64,000 nucleotides of DNA, from the NCBI GenBank assembly GCA_965221905.1, contig OZ244922.1:1248001-1312000 (forward strand). Direction: 5' to 3'. Each line of letters begins with the position of its first letter. Position 1 is the first letter of the stretch. Positions 20,966-31,491 of the stretch are shown here, in pieces. The stretch comes from Chloroflexota bacterium. GTDB taxonomy: Bacteria; Chloroflexota; UBA11872; VXOZ01. Made by a program: the position numbers and the translations under genes. Under the pieces are notes generated by a model. That model made no database searches and was not told the origin of the DNA. It worked only from the letters and a program-made list of their open reading frames with translations.

Positions 20966-21127
20966 ACCGTCGTAGGCTCCCCTGATTGATTGGTGTGGTA
21001 GACTTGTCACGTAAATGTAAGTACTACTCTAGCATACGCGGGCCGAATGTGTGTCAGAGGGGGGCACTTGGGGCGCTCCCCTGTTTCAGTCCGTGCTTTA
21101 AATGCCACCGGCCGCTGGGAGCATCAG

Positions 21128-22423
21128 ATGAGTGAGGCGTCAGGACAGGTCAGCACTTCTCGGCAGAGTTCGCCCGAGCAGCAAGCCACCGAATATGCGG
21201 TCTTGGCAGAGATTGGCCGCATCATCAGTTCAACTCTCAATATCGACGAAATCTACGAGCAGTTTGCCCACCAGGTTTCACTCCTCATTCCATTTGATCG
21301 GCTCTCCATCGCGGCCATCGATCTGGAAGCGAAAACCGTGCAGGCTGTGTACGCGGTGGGCGGCGACATACCGGGCTGGGAACGGGGTGTAGTGCATGAA
21401 CTGTTGCCCGGTGGCATTGGCGACCAGCTTGCCCGTGAGCGCCGCGGGGTCTTGTTCAGGACGCCGGCCGAAGAGGAAGAGGCCGGGCAGCAACCGGCGC
21501 GTGAGCTGGGCGGTGATTTTCAGACCCGGATCGCCGTGCCCCTCATCGCCCGCGGCGTGATAGTCGGTACCTTGAATATCCGGTCGCTGCAACCCTACGC
21601 ATACAATGAGAGTCAACTAGCGCAGGCGGAACGGATTGGCGCCCAGATCGCCGGTACGATCGCCAATGCGTTCGCATACGAGAAGCTGGAAGACGCCCGG
21701 CGCGCACTCGAAAGAGCCGTGACGGAGCTCCGCCGCTCTAACCAAGAGCTCGCGCAGTTTGCCTACGTCGCGTCGCACGACCTCCAGGAGCCGCTGCGCA
21801 AGATCGCGAGTTTTTGCAGTCTGCTCGAGGCGCGCTACGCGGCCGATCTGGATGAAAGAGCGAACGTCTACATCCACTACATCGTTGACGGAGCGACGCG
21901 GATGCAGGCGCTCGTCAATGATCTCTTGCTGTACTCTCGGGTAGCGACACGCGGCAAAGAGTTCGCCCCGACGGATACCGCAGTTGCGTTGCAGGAAGCC
22001 TTAGAGAACCTTGATCTTGCCATCGCGGAAAGTAACGCGCGTGTCACGCATGACCCGCTGCCGACGGTTACTGCGGACGCGACGCAGATGATTCAGTTGT
22101 TTCAAAATCTCGTTGCCAACGCCGTCAAGTATCGGGACGAGGAAGCGCCGCGCGTCCACGTCACAGCGGCGAACGAGGACAATGAATGGGTCTTTTCTGT
22201 GCGTGATAACGGCATCGGGATTGCGCCGGAGTATACCGAGCGCATCTTTGTGATTTTCCAGCGGCTGCACACCCGTGAAGAATACTCGGGCACGGGTATC
22301 GGCTTGGCAGTGTGCAAGAAGATCGTCGAGCGTCACGGCGGCCGGATCTGGGTAGAATCAGAGTCAGGTGCCGGGTCCACGTTCTACTTTTCCTTGCCCA
22401 AGATCCGGAGAGATGACGCATGA
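21128..22423 (+). CDS. GAF-domain sensor histidine kinase (Cph1-type kinase core)
   Basis: [11 protein letters not shown]-box, [21 protein letters not shown]. Confidence 0.92.
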   Translation: MSEASGQVSTSRQSSPEQQATEYAVLAEIGRIISSTLNIDEIYEQFAHQVSLLIPFDRLSIAAIDLEAKTVQAVYAVGGDIPGWERGVVHELLPGGIGDQLARERRGVLFRTPAEEEEAGQQPARELGGDFQTRIAVPLIARGVIVGTLNIRSLQPYAYNESQLAQAERIGAQIAGTIANAFAYEKLEDARRALERAVTELRRSNQELAQFAYVASHDLQEPLRKIASFCSLLEARYAADLDERANVYIHYIVDGATRMQALVNDLLLYSRVATRGKEFAPTDTAVALQEALENLDLAIAESNARVTHDPLPTVTADATQMIQLFQNLVANAVKYRDEEAPRVHVTAANEDNEWVFSVRDNGIGIAPEYTERIFVIFQRLHTREEYSGTGIGLAVCKKIVERHGGRIWVESESGAGSTFYFSLPKIRRDDA

Positions 22424-22866
22424 ATGCAAAACTTTCCGGGAGACCGGTTGAGATTCTGCTCGTTGAGGATGATCCCGCTGACGTTCTCTTAACCCAGGAG
22501 GCTCTGCTCGGTAGCAAGATTCGAAATAACCTGCACGTAGTTGACGATGGTGTCGAGGCGCTTGCATTCCTGCGGCGGGAGGGGACGTATCGTGACGTGC
22601 CCCGCCCGGATCTAATTCTGCTCGATCTCAACATGCCGCGCAAAGACGGACGCGAGGTTTTGGCCGACATCAAGGAGGACCCAGGCCTCAAGGCGATCCC
22701 GGTTGCCGTGCTCACCACGTCATCGCAGGATGAAGACATTCTGAAGAGCTACGAATTACATGCGAACTGCTACATCACCAAGCCGGTAGGCTTGGAGCAG
22801 TTTGCCACGGTGGTGCAGTCGTTGGACGATTTCTGGTTCACTATCGTTAAACTACCGCCGAAGTGA
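22420..22866 (+). CDS. Rcp1-like response regulator
   Basis: [32 protein letters not shown]; ATGA overlap with the kinase. Confidence 0.92.
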   Translation: MNAKLSGRPVEILLVEDDPADVLLTQEALLGSKIRNNLHVVDDGVEALAFLRREGTYRDVPRPDLILLDLNMPRKDGREVLADIKEDPGLKAIPVAVLTTSSQDEDILKSYELHANCYITKPVGLEQFATVVQSLDDFWFTIVKLPPK

Positions 22867-22931
22867 GTCCACGCTGGGACCTTGTGCACGTAGGGCGCCG
22901 ATCTTCGTGTGACAAGGCTCGAACGCTTCTC

Positions 22932-23885
22932 CTACGGCAGCACAGTATCATCCGCCTGCAAGTCTGTGCTTAGAATGGCTTGGTAGCGATAGCGCACTCG
23001 CAGCAGGCGCCTCCCGTACAGGCGGTCTGCCTCGTCCGGTTTGAAACACCCCTCGGGAAGGTCGTGGGGCCACGCGTACGGTTCCAGGTCTTCCGGAGTG
23101 AGTTTGTGTCCGACCGGCAGCGGACGTCTGGCCACGAGAAGTTGCCTACCCGTTACCTTCATGACGGACGGGATATCGTCTTTCGCATCGGGTGCGAATC
23201 CAAAGCTGCGCCGCAGGGCTTGAACAACCAAGAAGCCGACGGCAAACCCGCCCAGGTGCGCGGTGTAGGCAATGCCGCCCCCTCCGCCTCCCACCGAGCC
23301 CAACGAGCCCATGATCTGAAGCACTAGCCAGACGCCAATGACGATGAGGGCCGACACGTCAAACGTCGGCGGGCGCCGCTCACCTTGCCCGACGAGAAGG
23401 CCGAGCGCCCAGATGACGAAGACGTGTATGGACAAAATGCCGATGGGCGACAACGGAAAGAGTACGAGATACGCGCCGAGGACTCCGGCGATGGCGCCGC
23501 TCGCGCCGATACGCGGTATCGTGTCGCTAGCAAAGATCGCGGACTCTATGATGCCCGCGCCCAGCCCGCACAAGAGGTAGAAGGCGGCAAACCCCAGATG
23601 TCCCATCTCATCTTCAACGTTGGCGCCGAAGACCCAGAGAAAGAGCATGTTGCCGGCTATGTGGAGCAAGCCGAAGTGGAGAAAGGCGGCGAGTAGGAGG
23701 TTGCGAAGTTGGTCGATTTCGCCCGCCCAGAGCCCGGCGGGCCGCAGACCGTACTCTTGTGCGCTCCAACCAAGGGAATGCGCCACCACGAACATGCCGA
23801 TGTTAATCGCCACCAGAGTGACGGTGACTATGGGGCGACGCTGCCGCTGATCCTCGGGCGCGGCCTCGATGGGTATGAGTTGCAT
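22932..23885 (-). CDS. Rhomboid intramembrane serine protease with C-terminal SAF-like domain
   Basis: HIAGNMLFL, GASG, AHLGGF; C-terminal LVARRPLPVGHKLTPEDL. Confidence 0.88.
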   Translation of the reverse strand: MQLIPIEAAPEDQRQRRPIVTVTLVAINIGMFVVAHSLGWSAQEYGLRPAGLWAGEIDQLRNLLLAAFLHFGLLHIAGNMLFLWVFGANVEDEMGHLGFAAFYLLCGLGAGIIESAIFASDTIPRIGASGAIAGVLGAYLVLFPLSPIGILSIHVFVIWALGLLVGQGERRPPTFDVSALIVIGVWLVLQIMGSLGSVGGGGGGIAYTAHLGGFAVGFLVVQALRRSFGFAPDAKDDIPSVMKVTGRQLLVARRPLPVGHKLTPEDLEPYAWPHDLPEGCFKPDEADRLYGRRLLRVRYRYQAILSTDLQADDTVLP

Positions 23886-24016
23886 TTGTAGCCCTTGGCC
23901 TTCCTAACCGCTGCGTTCGATCACAAACGTATGGGCAGCCGTGGGTGGGCCCATCCAAGACCGAAACACAAGCCCGCGAGCGGATCTGATGGCAAGCTCA
24001 AAGCAGTTAGTTTGCG

Positions 24017-24238
24017 CTAGGCTGCTCGCACCTTGCCTTTGCCGTCACACTTGGGGCAACTGCCCTTGAGTTCGTGCCAGCCGCTCGGTTCATCGGGATT
24101 GGGCCATCTCTCATCCACCGCGCCGGTGCCTTCGCAGCGTGTGCAAATCATCTGCGGATGGGGAAAGATGCGGGGAACTATGAGCCAAGCGCTAATGATG
24201 AGGACTCCAACGAGCAGGAGTATTCCAAACTGATCCAT
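24017..24238 (-). CDS. Small membrane-anchored protein with DnaJ-type zinc finger
   Basis: TM helix then CTRCEGTG and CPKCDGKG; GAGG SD. Confidence 0.8.
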   Translation of the reverse strand: MDQFGILLLVGVLIISAWLIVPRIFPHPQMICTRCEGTGAVDERWPNPDEPSGWHELKGSCPKCDGKGKVRAA

Positions 24239-24906
24239 ACCTGTTACCTCTCTCCGCGTGCCACGAGATCCTCCTACTGACAGTGTAAGCCATTGCAGCG
24301 GAAAGTCGAAAGAGTGCCAACGGAGAAGGATGCCGGGAAGAACCTACGGTTACGCTCGCTGGGACTGGGGTGGCTCGCGCTAGCGCATGGTGCGAATGGG
24401 TTTGCAAGACACAGCGAAACGTCTTGCTAGGGGCGGGAATCTGGCCCTGAAGGATTGGTGAGTGCAGCCTCGGCGGGGTACAAGCCCCCCTCCCCCCCTA
24501 CATTACGAAACACATGGGATGGTCAAGGCTCAGACAGGGCTTGGGAAGGAGCGAGGTGCGGGAGAGGCAGGACTGCCTGTAGTGGCCGGGAACCGACGCA
24601 GGTTTCAAACCTGCGCTACCGGAATTTGACGGAATCGCCGCGCCCTACCTTGGAATGTAGGAGCGTTGAGGAGGTTGGTGTCTGGCGTTGGCGTGGGACT
24701 CTGCACCAATCCGATCAGACGGAAGAAGCAAGAGTGATTCAGAAGTGAAGACGCGCCTATCGTACACTTGTACGACAGGCGCGTGATGCCTTCTGATCTC
24801 AGCCAGGGACTTCCCCACGAGCTTGGCTACCGACGCCAAGATGTCCCCGTGGTCCTAACCTGAAGAGTCCACTGACGGCCACCGGACTTGCTCGGCGCCT
24901 TCTCTG

Positions 24907-26241
24907 CTACGACGGAGTAAAGAACCGCCACGTGCCGATGTTCTCCCCGCTGCTGGAATCGTCTTCCAGCAGTTCCTCGTAGCTCTCGGCGGCTTTGCGG
25001 TACGCAGTCGCGTACTCTTCGATAACCTGCGGCCGAAACTTCTTGAACCACGGAATGCTGTAGGTTCTGCTACCGATTCCCTCGCTGACCGGCAGACTGC
25101 CCCTGGGCTGGCGCAAATCCCGATTGGAATTCGCAATGACGGTAGGCTTGCCGTGGCCGTAGACGTCCGCCTCGTGGAAAAGTGGATGCAAGTGAAGGGG
25201 ATTATTGGTGCCCGGCCCGCAGCGAGCGCCTTCTGCAGACACGGCTTGCGCAAAGCGCGAGATCGAAAGACCGCCAACCTCTTCCGAACGATAGAGCCCC
25301 CGAGCCGCGTACCAGCCGCCCATGGTACTGCCGGATTCCTTGGCGGGACGATGCGGCGCGATGCCGGGCACGCCATCCAGAAGGTCCCAGAAGTAGTTCA
25401 TGGCTTGCTGGATTTCCGCTACGTAGCCGTCATAGTACTTCAGCGTCACCCTGCCCATGGCGGAGCTGAGCTGGTTCACGCGGAATTTATAGCCGCCGAG
25501 GGGCAGGCCGGCCCAGGGCTTCAGGTACTCGGTCTCAAGGTTCTCTTCGGAATACATGTCATAGTGGCCGAACGCCAGCGCGCGGTCATAGATTTCGCGG
25601 TCATTCGTGGTCATGATGCCCGCTTCGCCGGTGGCAAAGGACTTGCCGCTCATGAGCGACATGGCGCCCACGTCACCGATAGCGCCCACTGTTCTCCCCT
25701 TGTAGCGCCCGCCATGGGCGTGGGAAACATCCTCGATGACCTTGACGTTGTGCCTGCGCGCGATCTCCATGATGGGGTCCATGTCGGCAGGGTGACCGCA
25801 GTAGTGCACAGCAACGATGGCCTTGGTGCGCTCGGTAATGCGGTGCTCGATGTCGTTGGGATCGATGCAGAGTGTATCTGGGTCGATGTCTGCAAAAACG
25901 ACGGTTGCGCCCAAGGAAAAGGCCGGCAGGCACGACGCCCAATACGTCACGCTGGGGGAGATGATCTCGTCACCCACGCCCACGCCGCAACCGTACATCG
26001 CCCCGCGCAGCGCCTCGGTGCCTGTGTTTGCGCCGAGCGCATACGTCGTCCCAACCCAGTCCGCATACTCCTTCTCAAATTGCCGGGTCACATCCGTGCC
26101 GGACATGCCACCCCGGCGCAGCACTTCCAAGACGGCTTCTTCATGTTCCGGGGTTACGATGGGCCAGGTAAAGATGTTGCCGGGTTCGCTTTGCACCGAC
26201 TTAGGGCCGCCCAGCAACGCGAGCTTCGACTTAACTTGCAT
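24907..26241 (-). CDS. DegT/DnrJ/EryC1/StrS PLP-dependent aminotransferase
   Basis: VGDEII, VFADID, IEDVSHAHG, SLMSGKSFATGEAG. Confidence 0.92.
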   Translation of the reverse strand: MQVKSKLALLGGPKSVQSEPGNIFTWPIVTPEHEEAVLEVLRRGGMSGTDVTRQFEKEYADWVGTTYALGANTGTEALRGAMYGCGVGVGDEIISPSVTYWASCLPAFSLGATVVFADIDPDTLCIDPNDIEHRITERTKAIVAVHYCGHPADMDPIMEIARRHNVKVIEDVSHAHGGRYKGRTVGAIGDVGAMSLMSGKSFATGEAGIMTTNDREIYDRALAFGHYDMYSEENLETEYLKPWAGLPLGGYKFRVNQLSSAMGRVTLKYYDGYVAEIQQAMNYFWDLLDGVPGIAPHRPAKESGSTMGGWYAARGLYRSEEVGGLSISRFAQAVSAEGARCGPGTNNPLHLHPLFHEADVYGHGKPTVIANSNRDLRQPRGSLPVSEGIGSRTYSIPWFKKFRPQVIEEYATAYRKAAESYEELLEDDSSSGENIGTWRFFTPS

Positions 26242-26498
26242 GCCGCCGTTTCCTTTCCTGTCTACTGATTGCAAACGTGAATGCGGAACGTACTTACACG
26301 GTAGGATAGCATGAACCGGCGGTGCTCAGCATGTTGGCTAGACCAGGCTGTGTCCAGATACGGCTCATCCTAGTCGCTTCGCCATGGGCTCGGCCGCATG
26401 CCGCGCGCTAGAGATGCAAGTCAGCACACCGAAGCCTACTCCTCTATACTGGCAGTGGAGCCGCAGCGATTACGTGCCGTGAGTGGCGAAATCGACGT

Positions 26499-27080
26499 AT
26501 GTCAGTTCTCAGCGACCGCACAATTACTGAATTGATCGCAGCTGGACGATTGCGCGTCGAGCCGTTTGCAGCGGAACACGTGCAGCCATCCAGTGTAGAC
26601 CTGCGGCTGGGAAGGCATTTTCGCATCTTCCAACACAGCCGGTACACGCACATTGACGTACGTGAGCCGCAGCCCGATCTGACGCAAAGCATCGAGGTAG
26701 ATGAGGACGAGCATTTCGTGCTCCATCCGGGAGAATTTGCGTTAGGTACGACCCTGGAGCGCGTGGGATTGCCCGATGACTTGGTGGGTCGCCTGGAAGG
26801 CAAGAGTTCCTTGGGGCGGCTCGGTCTGATCATCCACTCGACGGCAGGCTACATCGATCCCGGTTTCACCGGCACGATCACCCTGGAGCTTTCCAACGTC
26901 GCGAAGCTCCCTATTCCGCTTTATCCGGGTATGTTCATCGGCCAGATATCTTTTCTCACAATGACCACACCGGTGGACCGGCCCTACGGTTCGCCCGGCC
27001 TCGGCAGTAAATACCAAGACCAGGAGCACCCAACGGAGAGCAAGGTGCACCAGGATTTTGAGCCGCGCGACGGCAGGTAA
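26499..27080 (+). CDS. dcd: dCTP deaminase
   Basis: QPSSVDLRL, EGKSSLGRLG, AGYIDPGF, SKYQ. Confidence 0.96.
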   Translation: MSVLSDRTITELIAAGRLRVEPFAAEHVQPSSVDLRLGRHFRIFQHSRYTHIDVREPQPDLTQSIEVDEDEHFVLHPGEFALGTTLERVGLPDDLVGRLEGKSSLGRLGLIIHSTAGYIDPGFTGTITLELSNVAKLPIPLYPGMFIGQISFLTMTTPVDRPYGSPGLGSKYQDQEHPTESKVHQDFEPRDGR

Positions 27081-27240
27081 GGCTCTGGGTACAAACGGCG
27101 GTAGACCGGCGAGGGCAGAGTATTGTAAGGGGAAGCAAACGGGTTATGGGCCTGACTTTCTATCGAGTGGCTCTGCAAGCCAAGATAGGATGCCCAAAGA
27201 GTGCTGTGCAATTACATAATGATACAAGAATGAGATAAGC

Positions 27241-27975
27241 ATGAGGTTATACATTATCCGTCACGGCCATGTGACGTACCGGCACGGCATACCCTTGAAT
27301 AGTGTGCCGCCGGAAGAACGGAGCTACTTACCCGATCCCGCGCTCACTGAAGTTGGCCGGAAACAGGCCGTGTTGCTTGGTGAGCATCTAAGTAGAAGAT
27401 TGGAACTAGAGGATCAACCGCAGCCGCTGCCCGACGATCGATCGGGCTTCGCGATTACGCGCCTCTTCTGTAGCCCGATGCGGCGGGCGCTCCAGACGGC
27501 GCAGCCCGTGGCAGCCGCGCTTGGCCTCCGGGCTGAGATTTGGCTGGACCTGCACGAATTGGGCGGTACACGGCACGACGAAGGTGACGGTCGCGGTGCG
27601 CGGGGATTTCCGGGGCTCTCCCGCGCGGAGGTGGAAGAGCAGTTCCCCGGCTTCATCATTCCAAAAGACTTCTCAAATGCCGGTTGGTGGAACCGACCAC
27701 CCGAGCGAGAGGTTGAGTATCTCCCACGTTTGGTGGGCGTGGCGAAAGCCTTGCGCACCATGGCAAAGAGCAAAGATGAGCACGTTGCCATCATTACTCA
27801 CGGTACCGCGGCCAGCCATATCTTGCATGCCTTGCTCGGCAGCAATGCTCACGAAGACTTTAATTTCAACCACTCCAACACGGGTATCACCAGCCTGACG
27901 TTCAGAGAGAATGAGATCGTTCTCCGCTACATGAATCGTCTGGAACATTTACCAGATGAGCTAATTACGCTCTAG
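27241..27975 (+). CDS. Histidine phosphatase (phosphoglycerate mutase family)
   Basis: IRHG, SPMRRALQTA, THG. Confidence 0.9.
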   Translation: MRLYIIRHGHVTYRHGIPLNSVPPEERSYLPDPALTEVGRKQAVLLGEHLSRRLELEDQPQPLPDDRSGFAITRLFCSPMRRALQTAQPVAAALGLRAEIWLDLHELGGTRHDEGDGRGARGFPGLSRAEVEEQFPGFIIPKDFSNAGWWNRPPEREVEYLPRLVGVAKALRTMAKSKDEHVAIITHGTAASHILHALLGSNAHEDFNFNHSNTGITSLTFRENEIVLRYMNRLEHLPDELITL

Positions 27976-28417
27976 CGGTGTCGTTAGCTAGGGAGAAAGT
28001 GAAGCGATCCGGTTTCAGAGCGGAGGGCCGCTTTTACCCCTTGCGGTAGCGCTCACTGCAAAGTCACAGATATGGGGTAGCCGTTGGCGAGCTTGTCACA
28101 CCCTTTACGGGTGTACTACATTAGACGTGGATGCTTGGGAGTGGATAAGAGCGACTCTGGGAGTCGGATAGAGTTGCTTTCAGGCGGCTAGGAAACTTGT
28201 GTCCTGGTTTCGGCCAGACAACTCGAAAGACTCACAAAATACGTGACGCTGTGCCAGCGTGAAGACTTGCAGTTTGTGAGGTACGTAATTCGCTTTCTTG
28301 GCGCCTCTTGCTTAGTGGCAAAGCTATAGAACTCGACCCTACGTACCTCATTTAGTAGGTTCTACTTGGGCTGAATTCGGCGGCGTTTTGCGTTCTTACC
28401 TAGTGGAGAGAGTTAGC

Positions 28418-28828
28418 ATGAACCAATTTCGAGTTTCATTTAAGCACGTAGCGCTGCTGGGTCTCGTTGTGGTCTTACTCGTCGGCGGGTGCATCCCGTT
28501 CATTGGCAATGACAATGGAGAAGAGGCCACTCCCACGCCCTCGCCGACCATCACTATAATTCGGCCGAGCCCTACGCCAGATACGGAGCCGACTGCGCCG
28601 CCGGCTGAAGAGACCATGTATGTAGTAGAGTCTGGCGACACGTTGAGTACCATTGCTGATGAGTTTCCGGGCGTGACGTGGCAAGATATCGCCAGTGCGA
28701 ACAATCTTCAGGACCCATACGCTCTATCCATCGGCCAAGAACTGAACATTCCCCCGCCGCCGGGCCAGGTACCTACGCCTACCCCAGCGGGACCCACCGT
28801 GGTGCAAACGCCCGAGCCGAAGAACTAG
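28418..28828 (+). CDS. LysM-domain lipoprotein
   Basis: Lipobox VGGC, Pro/Thr linker, YVVESGDTLSTIA...LSIGQELNIP. Confidence 0.88.
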   Translation: MNQFRVSFKHVALLGLVVVLLVGGCIPFIGNDNGEEATPTPSPTITIIRPSPTPDTEPTAPPAEETMYVVESGDTLSTIADEFPGVTWQDIASANNLQDPYALSIGQELNIPPPPGQVPTPTPAGPTVVQTPEPKN

Positions 28829-28854
28829 CAGGGATATAAGAGACGTAGGCATTG

Positions 28855-30126
28855 CTAGAGGGGCCGGATGTCGCCGTCTCCGTAGATGATCCACTTGTAC
28901 GTGGTCATTTCTTCAAGCGCCATTGGACCGCGGGCGTGGAGCTTCTGCGTGCTGATGCCCACCTCTGCGCCGAGACCGAACTGCGCGCCGTCAGTGAATT
29001 GAGTCGAGGCGTTCCAGTAGACGGCAGCGGCGTCCACCTCGCGCATGAAGCGCTGTCCCGCAGTATAGTCTTGCGTAACGATTGCCTCGGAGTGGCCGGA
29101 CGTGTAGGTGTGGAGGTGCTCCATGGCGGCGTCGAAATCATCCACCACCTTCACCGCCATCGTGAGCGCCAGAAACTCCTTGCCCCAATCGTCGTCAATG
29201 GCAGGGAGCACGTGCGGGGATTCCCCGAGGATAGCTTGGGTGCGCGGGCAGCCGTGAATCTCCACGTCGGCCGCAACGAGATCGGGAAAGAGGTTGGGGA
29301 GAAACTGCTGCGCAACGTCTGTGTGCACCAGCAGCGTGTCGAGTGCGTTGCAGATCGAATACCGTCGGGTTTTGGCATTCACCACGATGCGCTGCGCCTT
29401 CTCCAGATCTGCGTGGGCATCCACGTAGGTATGACAGACGCCTGCTCCGGTCTCAATGACGGGTACCGTCGCATTCTCGACGACGAAGTTGATCAGACCG
29501 GCGCCGCCGCGGGGAATTACGAGGTCGATCTCCCCCTTGGCTTGGAGGAGACGGTGCACGTGAGCGCGGTCGGTATCTTCGACGAGCTGCACCCAATGCA
29601 TGGGCGCTCCGGCGGCGACCCCGGCGTCGTGAATCACGTGGGCGAGGGCGACATTCGAGAATATGGCCTCCGAGCCGCCGCGCAGCACAACGGCATTGCC
29701 GGACTTGAAGCAAAGACAGGCGATGTCCGCCGTCACATTTGGCCGCGATTCGTAGATGGCGCCGATAACGCCGAAGGGCACCCGAATCCGACCCACCGTG
29801 ATCCCACTCTCGACCGTGCGCATCGCGGTAACTGCGCCCACCGGGTCTTCCAGAGCGGCTACTTTGCGTACGTCGCCGGCAATCCCCGCGAGGACCTTTG
29901 GCGATAGCGTAAGACGGTCTATCGTGTAGGGATCGAGCCCGGACTGGGTGGCTGCAGCGACATCTTTGCCGTTCTCCGCAATGAGGTATTCAGCCTCTGT
30001 CTCGAGGGCATCGGCCACCGCCAGGAGCACTGAGTTCTTGGCCTTCGTTGAAAGTTGCGCAACGGCGCGGGATGACACACGCGCCTGAGTCAGTATCTCG
30101 GTCAACAAATCTATCGTTATACTCAT
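28855..30126 (-). CDS. proA: Gamma-glutamyl phosphate reductase
   Basis: IYESRPNVT, NASTQFTDG, GISTQKLHARGP. Confidence 0.96.
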   Translation of the reverse strand: MSITIDLLTEILTQARVSSRAVAQLSTKAKNSVLLAVADALETEAEYLIAENGKDVAAATQSGLDPYTIDRLTLSPKVLAGIAGDVRKVAALEDPVGAVTAMRTVESGITVGRIRVPFGVIGAIYESRPNVTADIACLCFKSGNAVVLRGGSEAIFSNVALAHVIHDAGVAAGAPMHWVQLVEDTDRAHVHRLLQAKGEIDLVIPRGGAGLINFVVENATVPVIETGAGVCHTYVDAHADLEKAQRIVVNAKTRRYSICNALDTLLVHTDVAQQFLPNLFPDLVAADVEIHGCPRTQAILGESPHVLPAIDDDWGKEFLALTMAVKVVDDFDAAMEHLHTYTSGHSEAIVTQDYTAGQRFMREVDAAAVYWNASTQFTDGAQFGLGAEVGISTQKLHARGPMALEEMTTYKWIIYGDGDIRPL

Positions 30127-30262
30127 TGAATTTCCTCCGCCGCCTGCTCCAGGAACGTGGTACTCTTGTACCAACTTTTCCTAATCGCGTAGATATGAAT
30201 AGCTCAACTGCTTGAGCACATGGCTTAAGTATAGTTACCTGGTGTGGGTGACTGCAAAAGAG

Positions 30263-30769
30263 ATGAATCGCGATCGCATGAAGCAGCGTACCAGGGGACC
30301 GAAACCACCGCAGCGCAACCGTAAACGGTCGCGGCGCGCGCAGAAAGAGCATTCTGCGGGCGGCATCGTGTTCCGCGAGGAAGACGGACGGGTTGCGGTG
30401 CTGGTTACGCAGAGCAGCGCTCACGACGGCTGGATATTCCCAAAAGGCCACTTGGAGCAGGGCGAGACCTCAAGCGATGCTGCGGTGCGAGAGGTAAAGG
30501 AAGAAACTGGAGTGGATGCGCGGATCGTAGAGCGCGTCGGCACGATCCGCTATGCTTTTCGCGCGCGGGGCCGGCAAATTGCGAAAACCGCGTTGTTCTA
30601 CTTGATGGAATATGTCGGCGGCAAGACCAGCGACGAGAGTCCGGAAGTGCGGGCCGTGATCTGGGTCCCGCGGAGCCAGGTAGCAGATACCTTGAGTTTT
30701 GCCAATGAAGCCGGACTGTGGGCTAGGGCGCAAGGTCTCCTAGCACAGCGGCTAGTGCGCTCCGCTTGA
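30263..30769 (+). CDS. NUDIX hydrolase
   Basis: Nudix box GHLEQGETSSDAAVREVKEETG. Confidence 0.9.
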   Translation: MNRDRMKQRTRGPKPPQRNRKRSRRAQKEHSAGGIVFREEDGRVAVLVTQSSAHDGWIFPKGHLEQGETSSDAAVREVKEETGVDARIVERVGTIRYAFRARGRQIAKTALFYLMEYVGGKTSDESPEVRAVIWVPRSQVADTLSFANEAGLWARAQGLLAQRLVRSA

Positions 30770-31352
30770 GCGCGCCTTCCCGGAGGATGTGAGCGGGCTC
30801 TCTCGTGCAGTCAATGACGGTGGAAGGTGTGTTGCCGGACGCGGGTCCGCCATCGAGTATCATGTCTACCGAGTTCCCTAATTGCTCTCGCACCTCTTGA
30901 GCGGATGTGGCAGCCGGTTTGCCGCTCCGGTTGGCGCTCGTGCCGGTGAGGGGAACGCCTGCGGCCTTGAGCAGGGCGATAATTGCCGCATGATTGGGAT
31001 GGCGCACGGCCAGCGTGCTTTCGCCTAGCAGCAGCGAGAGACGCGGTTGCTTTGGCAAGACGATAGTGAGCGCCCCCGGCCAGAACCCCTCCATCAGCAG
31101 TTCCGCGCTTGGCGGAACACGTGTGACCAGTTTCCGCAAGTGGTCGCGGTCCGCAATCAGGACCGGCAGAGACTTTTCATCCGGTCGTTGCTTGGCATCC
31201 ATCACCTTTTCAAGCGCCTGTGGCAGAAAGACGTTGGCGCCAAGCCCGTACACCGTATCCGTGGGAAAGGCGACGATGCCGCCTTCACGCAGTATTGCCG
31301 CGGCGCGCGTGATTGCGGATGGATCGGATGCGGGGAGAATTGTCCCCGTCAT
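30723..31352 (-). CDS. tsaC: L-threonylcarbamoyladenylate synthase (Sua5/TsaC)
   Basis: FPTDTVYGL, FWPGALT, TSANRSG, PSTVID. Confidence 0.92.
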   Translation of the reverse strand: MTGTILPASDPSAITRAAAILREGGIVAFPTDTVYGLGANVFLPQALEKVMDAKQRPDEKSLPVLIADRDHLRKLVTRVPPSAELLMEGFWPGALTIVLPKQPRLSLLLGESTLAVRHPNHAAIIALLKAAGVPLTGTSANRSGKPAATSAQEVREQLGNSVDMILDGGPASGNTPSTVIDCTREPAHILREGALKRSALAAVLGDLAP

Positions 31353-31491
31353 ATTCTTCTCTTGTTGGAGTCAATGCGCACGCTGAAAGTCCGGTTCGGG
31401 CGTAATCCGATTAGAGAACGGGATGTGCCGATGTCGGCTTGGTGGTCGCAATCGCAGGTGTGAGAATTGCGTCAGCGAGATATTCGCCCCA

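Noticed and set aside
24455-24850. Short ORFs between the zinc-finger gene and the aminotransferase
   Set aside because: No recognisable motifs; the interval contains REP-like palindromes (about 24473-24489 and 24594-24619).
27980-28400. Possible tRNA or other RNA gene in a long intergenic gap
   Set aside because: No cloverleaf, T-loop (GTTCGA) context or other recognisable structure seen.
25153-29907. Long antisense ORFs (25153-26268 and 28852-29907; similarly 17661-18659)
   Set aside because: Antisense shadows of well-supported genes, expected in GC-rich DNA.
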